In this document: in pieces, positions 28,601 to 46,120 of the stretch
Layout: each line of letters begins with the position of its first letter
Numbering within the stretch: the stretch's first letter is position 1
Assembly (NCBI RefSeq): GCF_009914755.1
Contig: NC_060927.1
From: the human T2T-CHM13v2.0 reference genome, Homo sapiens
Strand: one strand, 5' to 3'
DNA length: 64,000 nucleotides
Notes under the pieces: generated by a model
Databases searched by the model: none
The model's input: the letters and a program-made list of their open reading frames with translations, nothing else
Told to the model about the DNA's origin: nothing
Program-made: the position numbers and the translations under genes

Positions 28601-30266
28601 GGACATTGGTCTAGGCAAAGATTTTATGGCTAAGACATCAGAAGCACAGGCAACAACAACAAAAATAGACAAATGGGACTATATTAAACTTAAAAGCTTC
28701 TGCATAGCAAAGAAAACAATCTACAGACTGAAGAGACAACTTTTTGAATGGGAGAAAGTATTTTCAAGCTATTCATCTGACAAGGAACTAATATCCAAAA
28801 TATAAAAGGGACTCAACAGAACAATAATAATTCCATTAAAAAGTAGCCAAAGAATTAAAATAGACACTTCTCAAAAGAAGACATAAAACCGCCAACAGGT
28901 ATATGACAAAATGCTTAACATCACTAATGATTAGGAAAATGCAAATCAAACCCACAATGAGATGCTATCTTTTTACTCCAGTTAGAATGGCTATTACCAA
29001 AAGGACAAAAAATAACAGATGCTGGAGAGGATGCAAAGAGGGAACTCTTACACACTGTTGTTAGGAATGTCAGTTAGTACAGCCATTATGAAAAATAAGA
29101 AGACTGCTTTTTTGTGTGTGAATACATAGTAGGTATATTTATTTATGGGGTACATAAGATATTTTGATATAGGCATGCAATGCATAATAACCACGTCAGA
29201 GTAAATGGTTATCCCAGCAAGCATTTATCCTTTGTGTTATAAAAAATCGAATTATACTCTTTTAGTTATTTTTAAACATACAATTAAATTATTTCTTATT
29301 ATAGCCACCCTGTTGTGCTAGCAAATACTAGGTCTTATTCATTCTTTCTAACTATTTTATTGGTAACCGTTAGCCATCCCCACTTCCCTCACCACCAAAA
29401 CCCACTACCATTCCCAGCCTCTCGTAACCTTTATTCTATCTATCTCCATAAGTTCAATTGTTTTAATTTTTTGCTCCCTCAAATAACTGAGAACATGTGA
29501 AGTTTGTCTTCCCATTCCTAGCTTATTTCACGTAACATAATAACCTGCAGTTCCACGGAAGTACCGTTTGATCCAGCAGTCCCACTACTGGGTATTTATC
29601 CAAAGGAAAAGAAATCAGTATATCAAAAGGATACCTGCACCTCTTTGTTTACTGCAGCACTATTCACAATAGCCAAGACGTGGAATCAACCGAATAGTAT
29701 TCTATCCATGTATAGATATCATATTCAGTCTACAGATGAATGGATAAAGATAACGTAATATCTATACATGATGGAATACTATTCAGCCATAAAAGAGAAT
29801 GAAATCATATCATTTGCAGCAACATGGATGGAGGTGGAAGTCACCATGTTAAGTGAAATCAGCCAGGCACAGAAAGACAAGTATCAGATGTTCTCATTCA
29901 TATGTGCAATCTAAAAAAGTTGATCTCATGTAGGTAGAAAGTAGGATGATAGTTACCAGAGGCTGGGAGGGTAAGTGTTGGTAGGCGGGAGTACACAGAG
30001 AGGTAGACTGATGGGTACAAACATATACCGAGATGGAAGGAATAAGTTCGGTGGTTGATATCACCATATGGTGCCTACAGTTAACAACAATATATTGTGT
30101 ATTTCAAAGTAGGTAAAATAGAAGATTTGAAATGTTCCCAACACAAAGAAATGGGGTGATAAATATCCTAAATACCCTGATTTGATCATTACACATTCTA
30201 TGTATCAAAATATCACAGGTACCCTATAAATGTGTACAAATATTATGCATCAATAAAAATACATTT
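22668..30266 (+). mobile_element. Full-length ancient L1 (L1MA4/4A/5-like) inserted in an older L1M
   Basis: The 5' UTR starts ...ttcaagatggctgact and has GC-rich monomers. ORF1 starts MKRQRNMTPPKEHNN (about 24559) and ORF2 starts MTEISPYLSIITLNINGLN (25688). L1MA 3' UTR with aataaa. TSD aaaactagaaata / aaaagtagaaata. Confidence 0.88.
29108..29555 (-). mobile_element. L1MA1-3-like 3' end nested antisense in the full-length L1MA
   Basis: tacatagtaggtatatttatttatggggtacat...caaatactaggtcttattcattct...aacctgcagttcca. Confidence 0.88.
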
Positions 30267-30669
30267 TAAAAGTAGAAATAATAAAACAAAAAACCCTTTT
30301 CACCATAAAAATACCTTCATTTCAAAGCAACGCTAGACTCAGTGAGAGAACATACACCAAAACTGAAATATATATGGAAAAGAAAAATGATCAAAGCATG
30401 ACAGATTAGAATTTCCGAGTAAGGTATACATAAGGTAATACTTGAAAATTCATGCATCAGAGTTAAGCATCATACTCAATGACCAAGAAAAAGAAGGACA
30501 AAACAAACTCATGAAGCACAAAGAATTAATAGGTAAAAACAGAAATTGACTTTTGAAAAAAGTTAACACTAAGAAGTAAATCCCAAAACTGATTTGAAAA
30601 AAATACAAACACACACATTCTAGTAAAACTATGATCATAACTACTCAATAAAAATGCAAAAGTACAAAT

Positions 30670-31605
30670 TTTTGCAAACTATGCATCTGACAAAGGCCTA
30701 ATGTCCAGCATCTATAAGGAACTTAAACAAATGTACAAAAAAAAAAAAGCAATCCCATTACAAAGTAGGCAAAGCAGGCAAAGGACATGAACAGATACTT
30801 TTAAAGGAAGACATACATGAAACCAACAAACATGAAAAATGCTTAACATCACTGATCATCAGAGAAATGCAAATCAAACCACAATGAAATACCATCTAAC
30901 ACCAGTCAGAATGGCCATTATTAAAAAGTCAAAAAATAAGAGATGCTAGCAAGGTTGTGGAGAAAAAGGAGCACTTATACACTGCTGGTGGGAGTGTAAA
31001 TGAATTCAGCCATTGTGGAATACTGTGGTGATTCCTCAAAGACTCAAATATACACATGCCATTTGACCCAGCAATCCCATTACTGGGTAGACAACCAAAG
31101 GAATATAAATCATTCTATTATAAAGACACATGCACGCTATGTTTACTGCAGCACTATTCACAATAGCTAAGACATGGAATCAATCTAAATGCCCATCAAT
31201 GATAGCCTGGATAAAGAAAATGTGGTACATCATGGAATGCTATGCAGTCATCAAAACAAAACAAAACCAAAACAAGATCATATCCTTTGCAGGGGGACAT
31301 GGATGGAGCTGTAGGCTATTATCCTTAGCAAACTAACACAGGAACAGAAAACCAAATATGGTGTATTCTCACTTATAAGTAGGAGCTAAATGATGAGAAT
31401 ACTTGGACACATAGAAGAAAACAACACACACTGGGCCTTTCAGAGGGTGGAGGGTGGGAAGAGAAAGAGGATCAGGAAAAATAACTAATGAGTACTAGGC
31501 TTAATACCTGGCTGACGACATAATCTGTACAATAAACCCCCATGACACAAGTTTATTATCTACATAACAAACCTGCACTTGTATCCCTGAACTTAAAAGT
31601 TTTTA
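30670..31605 (+). mobile_element. 5'-truncated L1PA13-like element
   Basis: ORF2 end plus 3' UTR gaggatcaggaaaaataactaatgagtactaggcttaatacc. TSD aaaagtacaaat at 30658 and 31606. Confidence 0.9.
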
Positions 31606-31905
31606 AAAAGTACAAATACATTATATAAGAAATGGTAATGGGGCAGTAACTTCTGAAATGTAGGAAAATAAAAGATTTATAAGAATTAGTTTTGTTCAAC
31701 TCTGTGAAAATAGAATTGAAAGTGTGTAGGAAATAAGTGTTCCAGGAAAATATAATTTACAACTGACTCTAAAAGAGATGGAAAATTTTTTTAAAGTTTC
31801 ATTATTACTACAGAAATAGAGAAAATCATCACAGAGCTATCACTACTATCATACCACAAAAAGAGAACACCAGCCAGATGACTTCGCAAAGAAACTCTAC
31901 CAAAC

Positions 31906-32207
<302 letters not shown>

Positions 32208-32900
32208 CAAACTTTTAAGGAGTAGATAATTCCAATGATAAATGAATTTTCGAGAAATACAGAAAGAGGAAAAAAAAATTTTAATGAAGCAATATAGCAT
32301 TAATATTAAAATCTGGGCAAAGAATGTGTTTCTCCCATCAAAAATGAACAAACAAAATCACAGACCAATTACACCAATGAATGGCAATGAAAAATCCTAA
32401 ATAAAATATTAACAAAGAACTAAAGTAGCACAATTAAAGAACTATGTATCATAACTGTGGTTACTGACTCAAACACTAGGATGGGTTCAATATTAGGTAA
32501 CCAATTAAATATAATTCATTATATAAATAGATTCAAGGAAAAATCATTTGATCATTTCCATAGAAGCCAAAAAACCATTTGACAAATGTCATTATTCCTG
32601 ATTACAAAAGAAACAAAAATAAAATTAAAATAGAAGAGTACCTCCTTAACCAGAAAAAAAGATCCTCAGACAAATCCAAGACATCTACCCCACTCTATCT
32701 GAAACTTGTAAATAGACCAGAGGGGAAAAGTAGCATCATAAAAATTGGAAAGAAAACCATCATTATTTACAATTATTATATGACTGGAAAACTAAGAAAA
32801 TCACCTAAAAACTATTAATATAAAAAAAGAATTAATATATGTACAAAATTGCATATACAGAAATCAAAAACTTTCAAACATATTTAAAACAACAGATTGC

Positions 32901-33215
32901 GGCCAGGCATGGTGGCTCATACCTGTAATACCAACCAGTGCTTTGGAAGTCTGAGGTGGAAAGATCATTTGAGGCCAGGAGTTTGAGACCACCCTGGTTA
33001 ACATAGCAAGACCCTGTCTCCACCAAAAAAAAAAAAAATTAGCCAGGCATGGTGGCACGCGCCTGTTGTCCTAGTTACTTGGGAGGCTGAAGTGGGAGAT
33101 CACTTAAGGCCAGGAATTCAAAACTGCAATAAGCTCTGATTGTGTTACTGCACTCCAGCCTGGGTAACACAGTGAGACTCTGTCTCTAAAATAAAGTAAA
33201 ATAAAATAAAATAAT
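32901..33215 (+). mobile_element. AluJ
   Basis: gaggccaggagtttgagacc...aacatagcaagaccctgtctc; (TAAAA)n tail. Confidence 0.92.
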
Positions 33216-33844
33216 TTAAAAATAAATTGGAATATATAATGGTGGAAAAGTCCTCATTTCTATTGAATGCAAAAAAAGATACAACACTTAGGAAGACATA
33301 AACTTAACAAGAAATGCATAAGACCTATATAAAGAAAACTACAAAATATCTCTGAAGAACATAAAAATTTCTTGAACAAATGGGGAAGCAAAACATGCTC
33401 TTAGATCCAAAGACAAGCAATCTCACATGCTCTTGTGGAAATATAAATTGGCACATCACTTAGAGCAGCTTCTCAGTATCTACAAAACTTACTTATGCAT
33501 ATATCCTTTGAGCTAACAATTCCAATTCCAGGAATTTCTCCTATACATATTCCTGCTCCTGTGTGAAAGGATACATGTATAAAACTATTCATTGTAGAAC
33601 TGTCTGTAACAGCAAAATACTGGAAACAACATATATCTACCATTGAGGCTGTGGTTAAATAAATTATGCTACATCCATAAAACAGAATAGGATGTTGCTG
33701 TCTAAAAGAATAAAGATCTCTATGTACCAAAGCCCCAAAACTGTTGGCAATATTTATCACGGGGGTAAGTGCATATTTTTCTTAGGGGAGGAAAAAAATA
33801 TTACCAGCATTGAAATATAATGACCACATAGAAACACAACTCTA

Positions 33845-34172
<328 letters not shown>

Positions 34173-34287
34173 CTAAATTCTTCGGTGGGCGGGGGGAAAT
34201 TAGAACAGTGACTTGGTAATTTTATTCAGTGACAGATTTTATCCCAAGTCATATTTCTCTGAAGAACTCCACTTGATAGCTTCTATT

Positions 34288-35665
<1,378 letters not shown>

Positions 35666-35871
35666 TAATGATGCTTCAGTCAACAGTAGACTGCATAAAT
35701 GATGGTGGCCCCATAAAATTATAATAAAGCTGAAAATTTCCTATTATCTACTGACATCTTGATGATCCTGATCCTATTTAGGTGAAGAGTAATGTGTGTG
35801 ATTTTGTCGTAGTTTTTAACACAAAAGTTTAAAAAGTAAAAAAATTAATTAAAGTTATACATAGAAAAAAT

Positions 35872-36226
35872 AGCCAGGTACAGTGCCTCACAGTTATAAT
35901 CTCAGCAGCATTTTGGGAGGCCGAGGTTGGCAGATCACTTAAGCCCAAGAGTTCAAGACCAGCGTAAGCAAGATGATTAAACCCCCTCTCTACAAAATAA
36001 TAATAATAGTAATAATAATAAAATAAAAGTAAATAAGTAAATTAGCTGGGCATGGTGGCATGCAACTGAAGTCTCAGCTGCTAGAGAGGCTGAGGTAGCC
36101 TCCTATCTGAGCCCAGGGAGTTCAAGGCTGTAGGAAGCCGTGATCGCCTAATTGCACTCCAGCCAGGGCGACAGAGTGGGACCATGTTTCAAAAACAACA
36201 ACAACAAAAACAACAACAACAAAAAA
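35872..36226 (+). mobile_element. AluJ with (TAA)n linker and (CAA)n tail
   Basis: Diverged dimeric Alu with gagcccagggagttcaaggctg. Confidence 0.9.
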
Positions 36227-36609
36227 GCTTATAGAATAAGGACATAAAGCTATACCATGTGTTCGTGTTCCAAGCTAAGTGTTATTACAAAAGAGTCAAC
36301 AAGTAGAAAAGGTTTTTTAAGTTATGAAGTTTAAAAGTTACAGTAATTTAAAGTTAATTTCCTGTGGAACAAAGAAAAGCTTTTTTTTTTTTTTTAATAT
36401 ACTTTAGGTTTTGGGTGCATGTGCAAAACATGCAGGTTTGTTACATAGGTATACATGTGACATGTTGGTTTGCTGCACCCATCAATTCATCATTTACATT
36501 AGGTATTTCTCCTAATGCTATCCCTCCCCAAGCCCCTGACCCCCTGACAGGCCCGTGTGTGATATTCCCCCACCGTGTCCAAGTGTTCTCATTGTTCAAT
36601 TCCTACATA

Positions 36610-40398
<3,789 letters not shown>

Positions 40399-40479
40399 TA
40401 GGATGTTAGCTGGTTATTTTGCTCGTTAATTGATGCAATTTCTTCATAGCATCGATGGTGTTTGCAATTTGGCATGTTT

Positions 40480-41484
40480 TTGCAGTGGCTGCTACAGGTT
40501 GTTCCTTTCCATGTTTAGTGCTTCCTTTAGGAGCTCTTGTAAGGCAAGCCTGGTGGTGACAGTCTCTCAGCATTTGCTTGTCTGTAAAGGATTTTATTTC
40601 TCCTTCACTTAGGAAGCTTAGTTTGGCCAGATAGGAAATTCTGGATTGAAAACTCTTTTCTTTAAGAATGTTGAATATTGGCCCCCACTCTCTTCTGGCT
40701 TGTAGGGTTTCTGCCAAAAGATCTGCTGTTAGTCTTTGGGCTTACCTTTGTGGGTAACCCGACCTTTCTCTCTGGCTGCCCTTAACATTTTTTCCTTCAT
40801 TTCAACCTTGGTGAATCTGACAATTATGTGTCTTGGGGTTGCTCTTCTCAAGGAGTATCTTTGTGGTGTTCTCTGTATTTCCTGAATTTGAATGCTGGCC
40901 TGCCTTGCTAGGTTGGGGAAGTTCTCCTGGATAATATCCTGAAGAGTGTTTTCCACCTTGGTTCCATTCTCCCCGTCACGTTCAGGTACACCAATCAAAA
41001 GTAGATTTGGTCTTTTCAGATAGTCCCATATTTCTTGGAGGCTTTGTTCGTTTCTTTTTACTCTTTTTTCTCTAAACTTGTCTTCTCGCTTTATTTCATT
41101 AATTTGACCTTCAATCACGGATACCCTTTCTTCCACTTGATTGAATTGGCTACTGAAGCTTGTGCATGCGTCACGAAGTTCTCGTGCCATGGTTTTCACC
41201 TCCTTCAGGTCATTTAAGGTCTTCTCTACACTGTTTATTCTAGTTAGCCATTCGTCTAAACTTTTTTCAAGGTTTTTAGCTTCCTGGAGATGGGTTAGAA
41301 CATGCTCCTGTAGCTTGGAGAAGTTTGTTATTACCGACCTTTTGAAGTCTACTTCTGTCAACTTATCAAAGTCATTCTCTGTCCAGCTTTGTTCCGTTGC
41401 TGGAGAGGAGTTGCGATCCTTTGGAGGAGAAAAGGTGCTATGGTTTTTACAATTTTCAGCTTTTCTGCTCTGGTTTCTCCCCAT
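40480..41484 (-). pseudogene. L1 ORF1p remnant (251 aa open, then frameshifted)
   Basis: MGRNQSRKAEN...REKRVKRNEQSLQEIWDY...RRATPRHIIVRFTKVEMKEKMLRAAREKG; continues in ORF 40406..40717. Confidence 0.95.
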
Positions 41485-41930
41485 CTTTGTGGTTTTATCT
41501 ACCTTTGTTCTTTGATATTGGTGACCTATAGATAGGGTTTTGGTGTAGATGTCCTTCTTGTTGATGTTGATGCTATTCCTTTCTGTTTGTTAATTTTCCT
41601 TCTTACAGTCAGGTCCCTCAGCTGCAGGTCTGTTGGAGTTTGCTGGAGGTCCACTCCAGACCCTGTTTGCCTGGGTATCACCAGCGGAGGCTGCAGAACA
41701 GCAAGTAATGCAGAACAGCAAATATTTTTGGCAGATCCTTCATCTGGAAGCTTCATCCCAGAGGGGTACCTGCTTGTATGAGGTGTCTGTCGGCCCCTTC
41801 TGGGAGGTGTCTCCCAGTTAGGCTACAAGGGGGTCAGGGACCCACTTGAGGAGGTAGTCCGTCCGTTCTGAGAGCTCAAACGCCATGCTGGGAGAACCAC
41901 TGCTCTCTTCACAGCTGTCAGACAGGGACG

Positions 41931-42283
<353 letters not shown>

Positions 42284-42852
42284 TAACCTAAGTGTACAGG
42301 GTTTATAAAGTCTACAGTAGTGTACAGGAACATCCTAGGCCTTCACATTCACTCCCCACCCAGTCACTGACTCCCTCAGGGCAACTTTCAGTCCTTCAAG
42401 CTCCATCCATATTAAGTGCCCTATACAGGTGTATCATGTTTTATCTTTTATATCATATGTTTGCCACACCTCTTCTATGTTTAAATTCACAATACTTCTA
42501 AGTTTAAATATACAAATACTTACACCTCTGTGTTAAAAGTGACTACAGTATTCAGCACAGGTTTGTAGTCTACGGGCAATAGGCAATAAATACCATACAG
42601 CCTAGGTGTATAGTAGGCTACGCCATCTAGATTTGTGTAAGTACAAGCTATGGTATTCACACAATGATAAAACTGCCTAATGATGTGTATCTCAGAACAG
42701 ATTGCCGTAGTTACGTAATGCATGACTGTACATGATTTTTAGAATTTTAACAGTACAGAAATGCATAAGATATAAAGTAAACCACTGTCAACTCATCCAG
42801 TCTCATTTTCCAAGGCGCTTTTGGTCATATCTGTTTTTATTTTGATTGGCAG

Positions 42853-43250
42853 TCTTATGGTTCAAATGTTTTCCCCTCCAAAACTCATGCTGCCCCTTAA
42901 TTCCCATTATAATGGCATTAAGAGGATGGGAAATCCAACTATGGTATTTGAGAGGTGAGAACTCTGAGAAGTAGTTAAGATTAGATGAGGTCATTAGGAT
43001 GGGATATTAGTCACTTCATAAGAGGAGGAAAAGAAACCTAAGCTAGCAAGCTCAGCCCCCTCACCATGTGATGCCCTACACTGCCTTTGGACTCTGCAAA
43101 GAGTCTCCAACAGCATGATGGACCTCACCACATGCAGCCCCTCAATCTTGGACTTCTCAGCATCTAGAACTGTACAAAATAGATTTCTTTTTGTTTTAAA
43201 TTACTCAGTCTCAGGTAATCCGTTATAGCAACAGAAAACAGATGAAGACA
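42853..43250 (+). mobile_element. MSTC-like MaLR solo LTR
   Basis: tatggttcaaatg...ccaaaactcatg...gctagcaagctcagccccctcaccatgtgatgccct...gttatagcaacagaaaacagatgaagaca. Confidence 0.85.
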
Positions 43251-43518
43251 GATAGCAATCAGTCTAAATACTATGATTACACCTCTATTTCTTGGTTTGT
43301 CATCTTTAAGCAGTGACTATTGACTTTATGCCATTAAGAGAATGAATTAACTTAGAGAAACCATCCCACAATTCCAAATTTTGCTAGTAATATTACTTGA
43401 AAATTCTTATCTATTTTGACTCATCAACTTTAAGTGGTACTTCTAGACTCCACGCTATATAAGATGAAGAAATGAATAGGCAAAACTTGATCAGAGAGTA
43501 ATTCTATGAGGCATTTAC

Positions 43519-43624
43519 CTTGTTCATAAAGTAGTTCCATATTCGAATCTTTGCAGGCAACTAGATTGCTGAGTAATGCAATCACACTTTGCATGGTATT
43601 ACCCAGAATGCTCTCCTGATGTTC
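43519..43624 (-). CDS. ULK4: Internal coding exon (106 nt, phase 0 to phase 1) of ULK4, C-terminal armadillo/HEAT region; recalled as about exon 32 of 37 (numbering not verifiable here)
   Basis: The minus strand reads ...tattgcag|GAACATCAG...TATGAACAAG|gtaaat, with canonical AG/GT boundaries. It encodes EHQESILGNTMQSVIALLSNLVACKDSNMELLYEQ(G), inside ORF 43430..43696, which matches my recollection of ULK4. Confidence 0.93.
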
Positions 43625-44384
43625 CTGCAATAGATCATAATTTCCATCATAACCATACAGAAATACAATTACATCATCGTAAAGACAAATAAGCAAATGA
43701 TGTGCACTGCTTCATTCTTTGCACAAGGTTAAATGATTACCTTTTTGCACTTTAATGAAGCACATCCTTCTATGTTAAGACAAATCCCATCAGTGAGTTA
43801 AGTGAGCTGGGAGGGAGGGTAAATCACCCAGACACCAGTGCTGCAGCACAGACTTCCCTGCCCATGAGCTGAGAGATAACACATGGTCCTCCATGCTTTA
43901 GGTGGGTGACAAAGGAATTCAAGTATGTAGAACTCAGAAGATCATGCTTGAAGATGAGTTTGATATCACAAAAGAAAACTACTTCAAGCAAATATTTATG
44001 CAGTTTCAATATTATGCTGGTACTGATATTTTTCCCACTTTAGTACATTTGATCTGATTTATTACTGCTTTAGTGCAATAAACTACATTTGGACCTAAAA
44101 GAGTGGATTGTGAATTTTGCTTTCCTCAACACTTAGCATCATATAGTAGGCAGTAACTTAGGTCCTAAAGAGAATGGAAAATGAGTTATTCTTCAGTTGC
44201 AATTTCTCATTTTAAAGGCAGAATCATTTCTTTGTAATTTTTAAAGGGTCTTACAAACAACTTGCTTTTCTTTTGTTCCCTTTTTCATTGCTGTGAATAT
44301 TTTTTAAAATTAAGCAATTAACACAGATTATAATTGAAATTATTAAATTTCATAAAATTCAAAAATAAAGAGGCAGTCTTTGCA

Positions 44385-44525
44385 GTCTGGAACTAGGATG
44401 AGGCAAGAGAGACATACGAGGTGCAAAATGTAAGGTAGTACTCCTCACTCTCAGGTTCCTGTAAGTACCCACTGACAGTGAGGACTCCTAGGAGTCTAGC
44501 TTGCCCTGCTCTACGTCCTGCGCCC
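44385..44525. mobile_element. MER91A-like hAT-Tip100 MITE
   Basis: gaactaggatgaggcaag...gtgcaaaatgtaagg...tcactctcagg. Confidence 0.65.
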
Positions 44526-44679
44526 ATTCACCATGACTATTCTGCTAATAACTAGTCCAACCCCGAAAAGCAACAAGCATATTAATTAGTAGGCTTGATC
44601 TAGACCTTTTTATATTCATTTTCTCCACCTCTCACCCACAGAGAAACATATGGTTTGCTGTTGGGTTGTTTTTTAACGT

Positions 44680-44937
44680 ATAGCTATTTTGTGCCAGGCA
44701 CTGTAGTAGGCACTTGAGGTATGCCAGTGAACAAAGTCCCCTATCCTCACATAAATAGACAACAAAAAGCATAATAAAAAAGTGAACCATATAATGTATT
44801 AGAAGATAGCAAGTACTCTGGCAAAAAAGAAAAAAGCAGAGCAGGGAAGCAAGGTTCAGAGGGCAGCAGTGGGACTGCATATGATTTGAAATAGGGTGCT
44901 CAGGATAAGACTCATTGAGAAGGTGTCACTTAACAGA
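44680..44937 (-). mobile_element. L2a fragment
   Basis: tgtgccaggcactgt...cagtgaacaaa...ctcattgagaaggtgtcactt. Confidence 0.75.
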
Positions 44938-45256
44938 TTTTTTTTTTTTTTTTTTTTTTTTGAGATGGAGTCTCGCTCTGTCGCCAGGCTGGAGTGCAGT
45001 GGTGCGATCTCGGCTCACTGAACCTCCACCTCCTGGGTTCAAGTGATTCTCCTGCCTCAGCCTCCTGAGTAGGTGGGACTACAGGCATGCACCGTCATAC
45101 CCGGCTAATTTTTTGTTTTGTTTTGTTTTTTGTATTTTTAGTAGAGACAGGGTTTGACTGTGTTGGCCAGGATGGTCTCGATCTCTTGACCTCGTGATCC
45201 ATCTGCCTCAGCCTCCCAAAGTGCTGGGATTACAGGCGTGAGCCACCACGCCTGGC
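44938..45256 (-). mobile_element. AluSc
   Basis: ctctgtcgccaggctgg and ctcttgacctcgtgatcc diagnostics. Confidence 0.94.
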
Positions 45257-45324
45257 ATTTAACATAAATTTTATTTTACTTTTTAAATGCTGAAGCCTCT
45301 TGGTATCTCGTAATTGATTTTAAT

Positions 45325-45572
45325 AAGCTTTTCTTTTGAAATAACTTTAGCTTTATAGAAGAGTTTCAAAGATAGTACAGAGAGTTTCCATATACCCATC
45401 ACCCAGTTTTCCCTCATGTTAACATCTTACCCTAACCGTGTTGTATCTATCAAAACTAAGACATTTACAGTGATACTAACAACTCAGCTACAGACTATTC
45501 AAGTGGCACCAGTTTTCCACCGATGGCCTTTTCTGTTCCAGAATTCAATCAAGGATCCTATTTTACACTCAG
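45325..45572 (-). mobile_element. L1MC-like 3' end
   Basis: tttgaaataactttag...aagatagtacagagagtttccatataccc...ccttttctgttccag. Confidence 0.75.
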
Positions 45573-45575
45573 GAT

Positions 45576-45865
45576 TATTCATTTTTGCAACAAATACTAA
45601 GTGCCAACTATTCCAGGTAGTTGGCTTACATCAGTGAACAAAACAGAAAAAAAGCCCTGCCCTTATGGTGTTTACCTTGTACCAGGAGGAGAAGACAATA
45701 AATAACAAATAATTATAAGACATGTTAGAAGGTGATATACACTATGAGACAAAATAGGGAACAGGATAAGGTGGCTTGGGAGTGCTGCAGGGGAAGCTGC
45801 AATGCTAGAGCAAGCAAAGCATAGCTCCTTCAGAAAATGACATCTGAGCAAAGATTTAAAGAAGT
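45576..45865 (-). mobile_element. L2a fragment
   Basis: caacaaatactaagtgccaacta...cagtgaacaaaacag...gccctgcccttatgg...atgacatctgagcaaagattta. Confidence 0.75.
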
Positions 45866-46120
45866 AGACATATGTTTATTCTCCTAATATACTTCTAGAC
45901 TCTGTCAGCTAAGTTTCTTTAGGATTGTTGCATCTATGTTCATAAGTGATACTGACTTATAAGTGACACCCTCTTCTGATTTTACTATCGATCTCATGCT
46001 AACCTTGTCCACCCATTTTATTCCAAATATATTTATTGTGCATCTAATATGTGTTTCTAGGAGATCTGGCAGAACTCACTCATACAAGCAACTAGCTAGC
46101 CTCCATACATTTCTACCAGT

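Noticed and set aside
43430-43696. 88-aa ORF as a standalone protein or extended terminal exon
   Set aside because: Only the central 35 codons are bounded by AG/GT and match ULK4. The flanks are open intronic frame with no supporting evidence.
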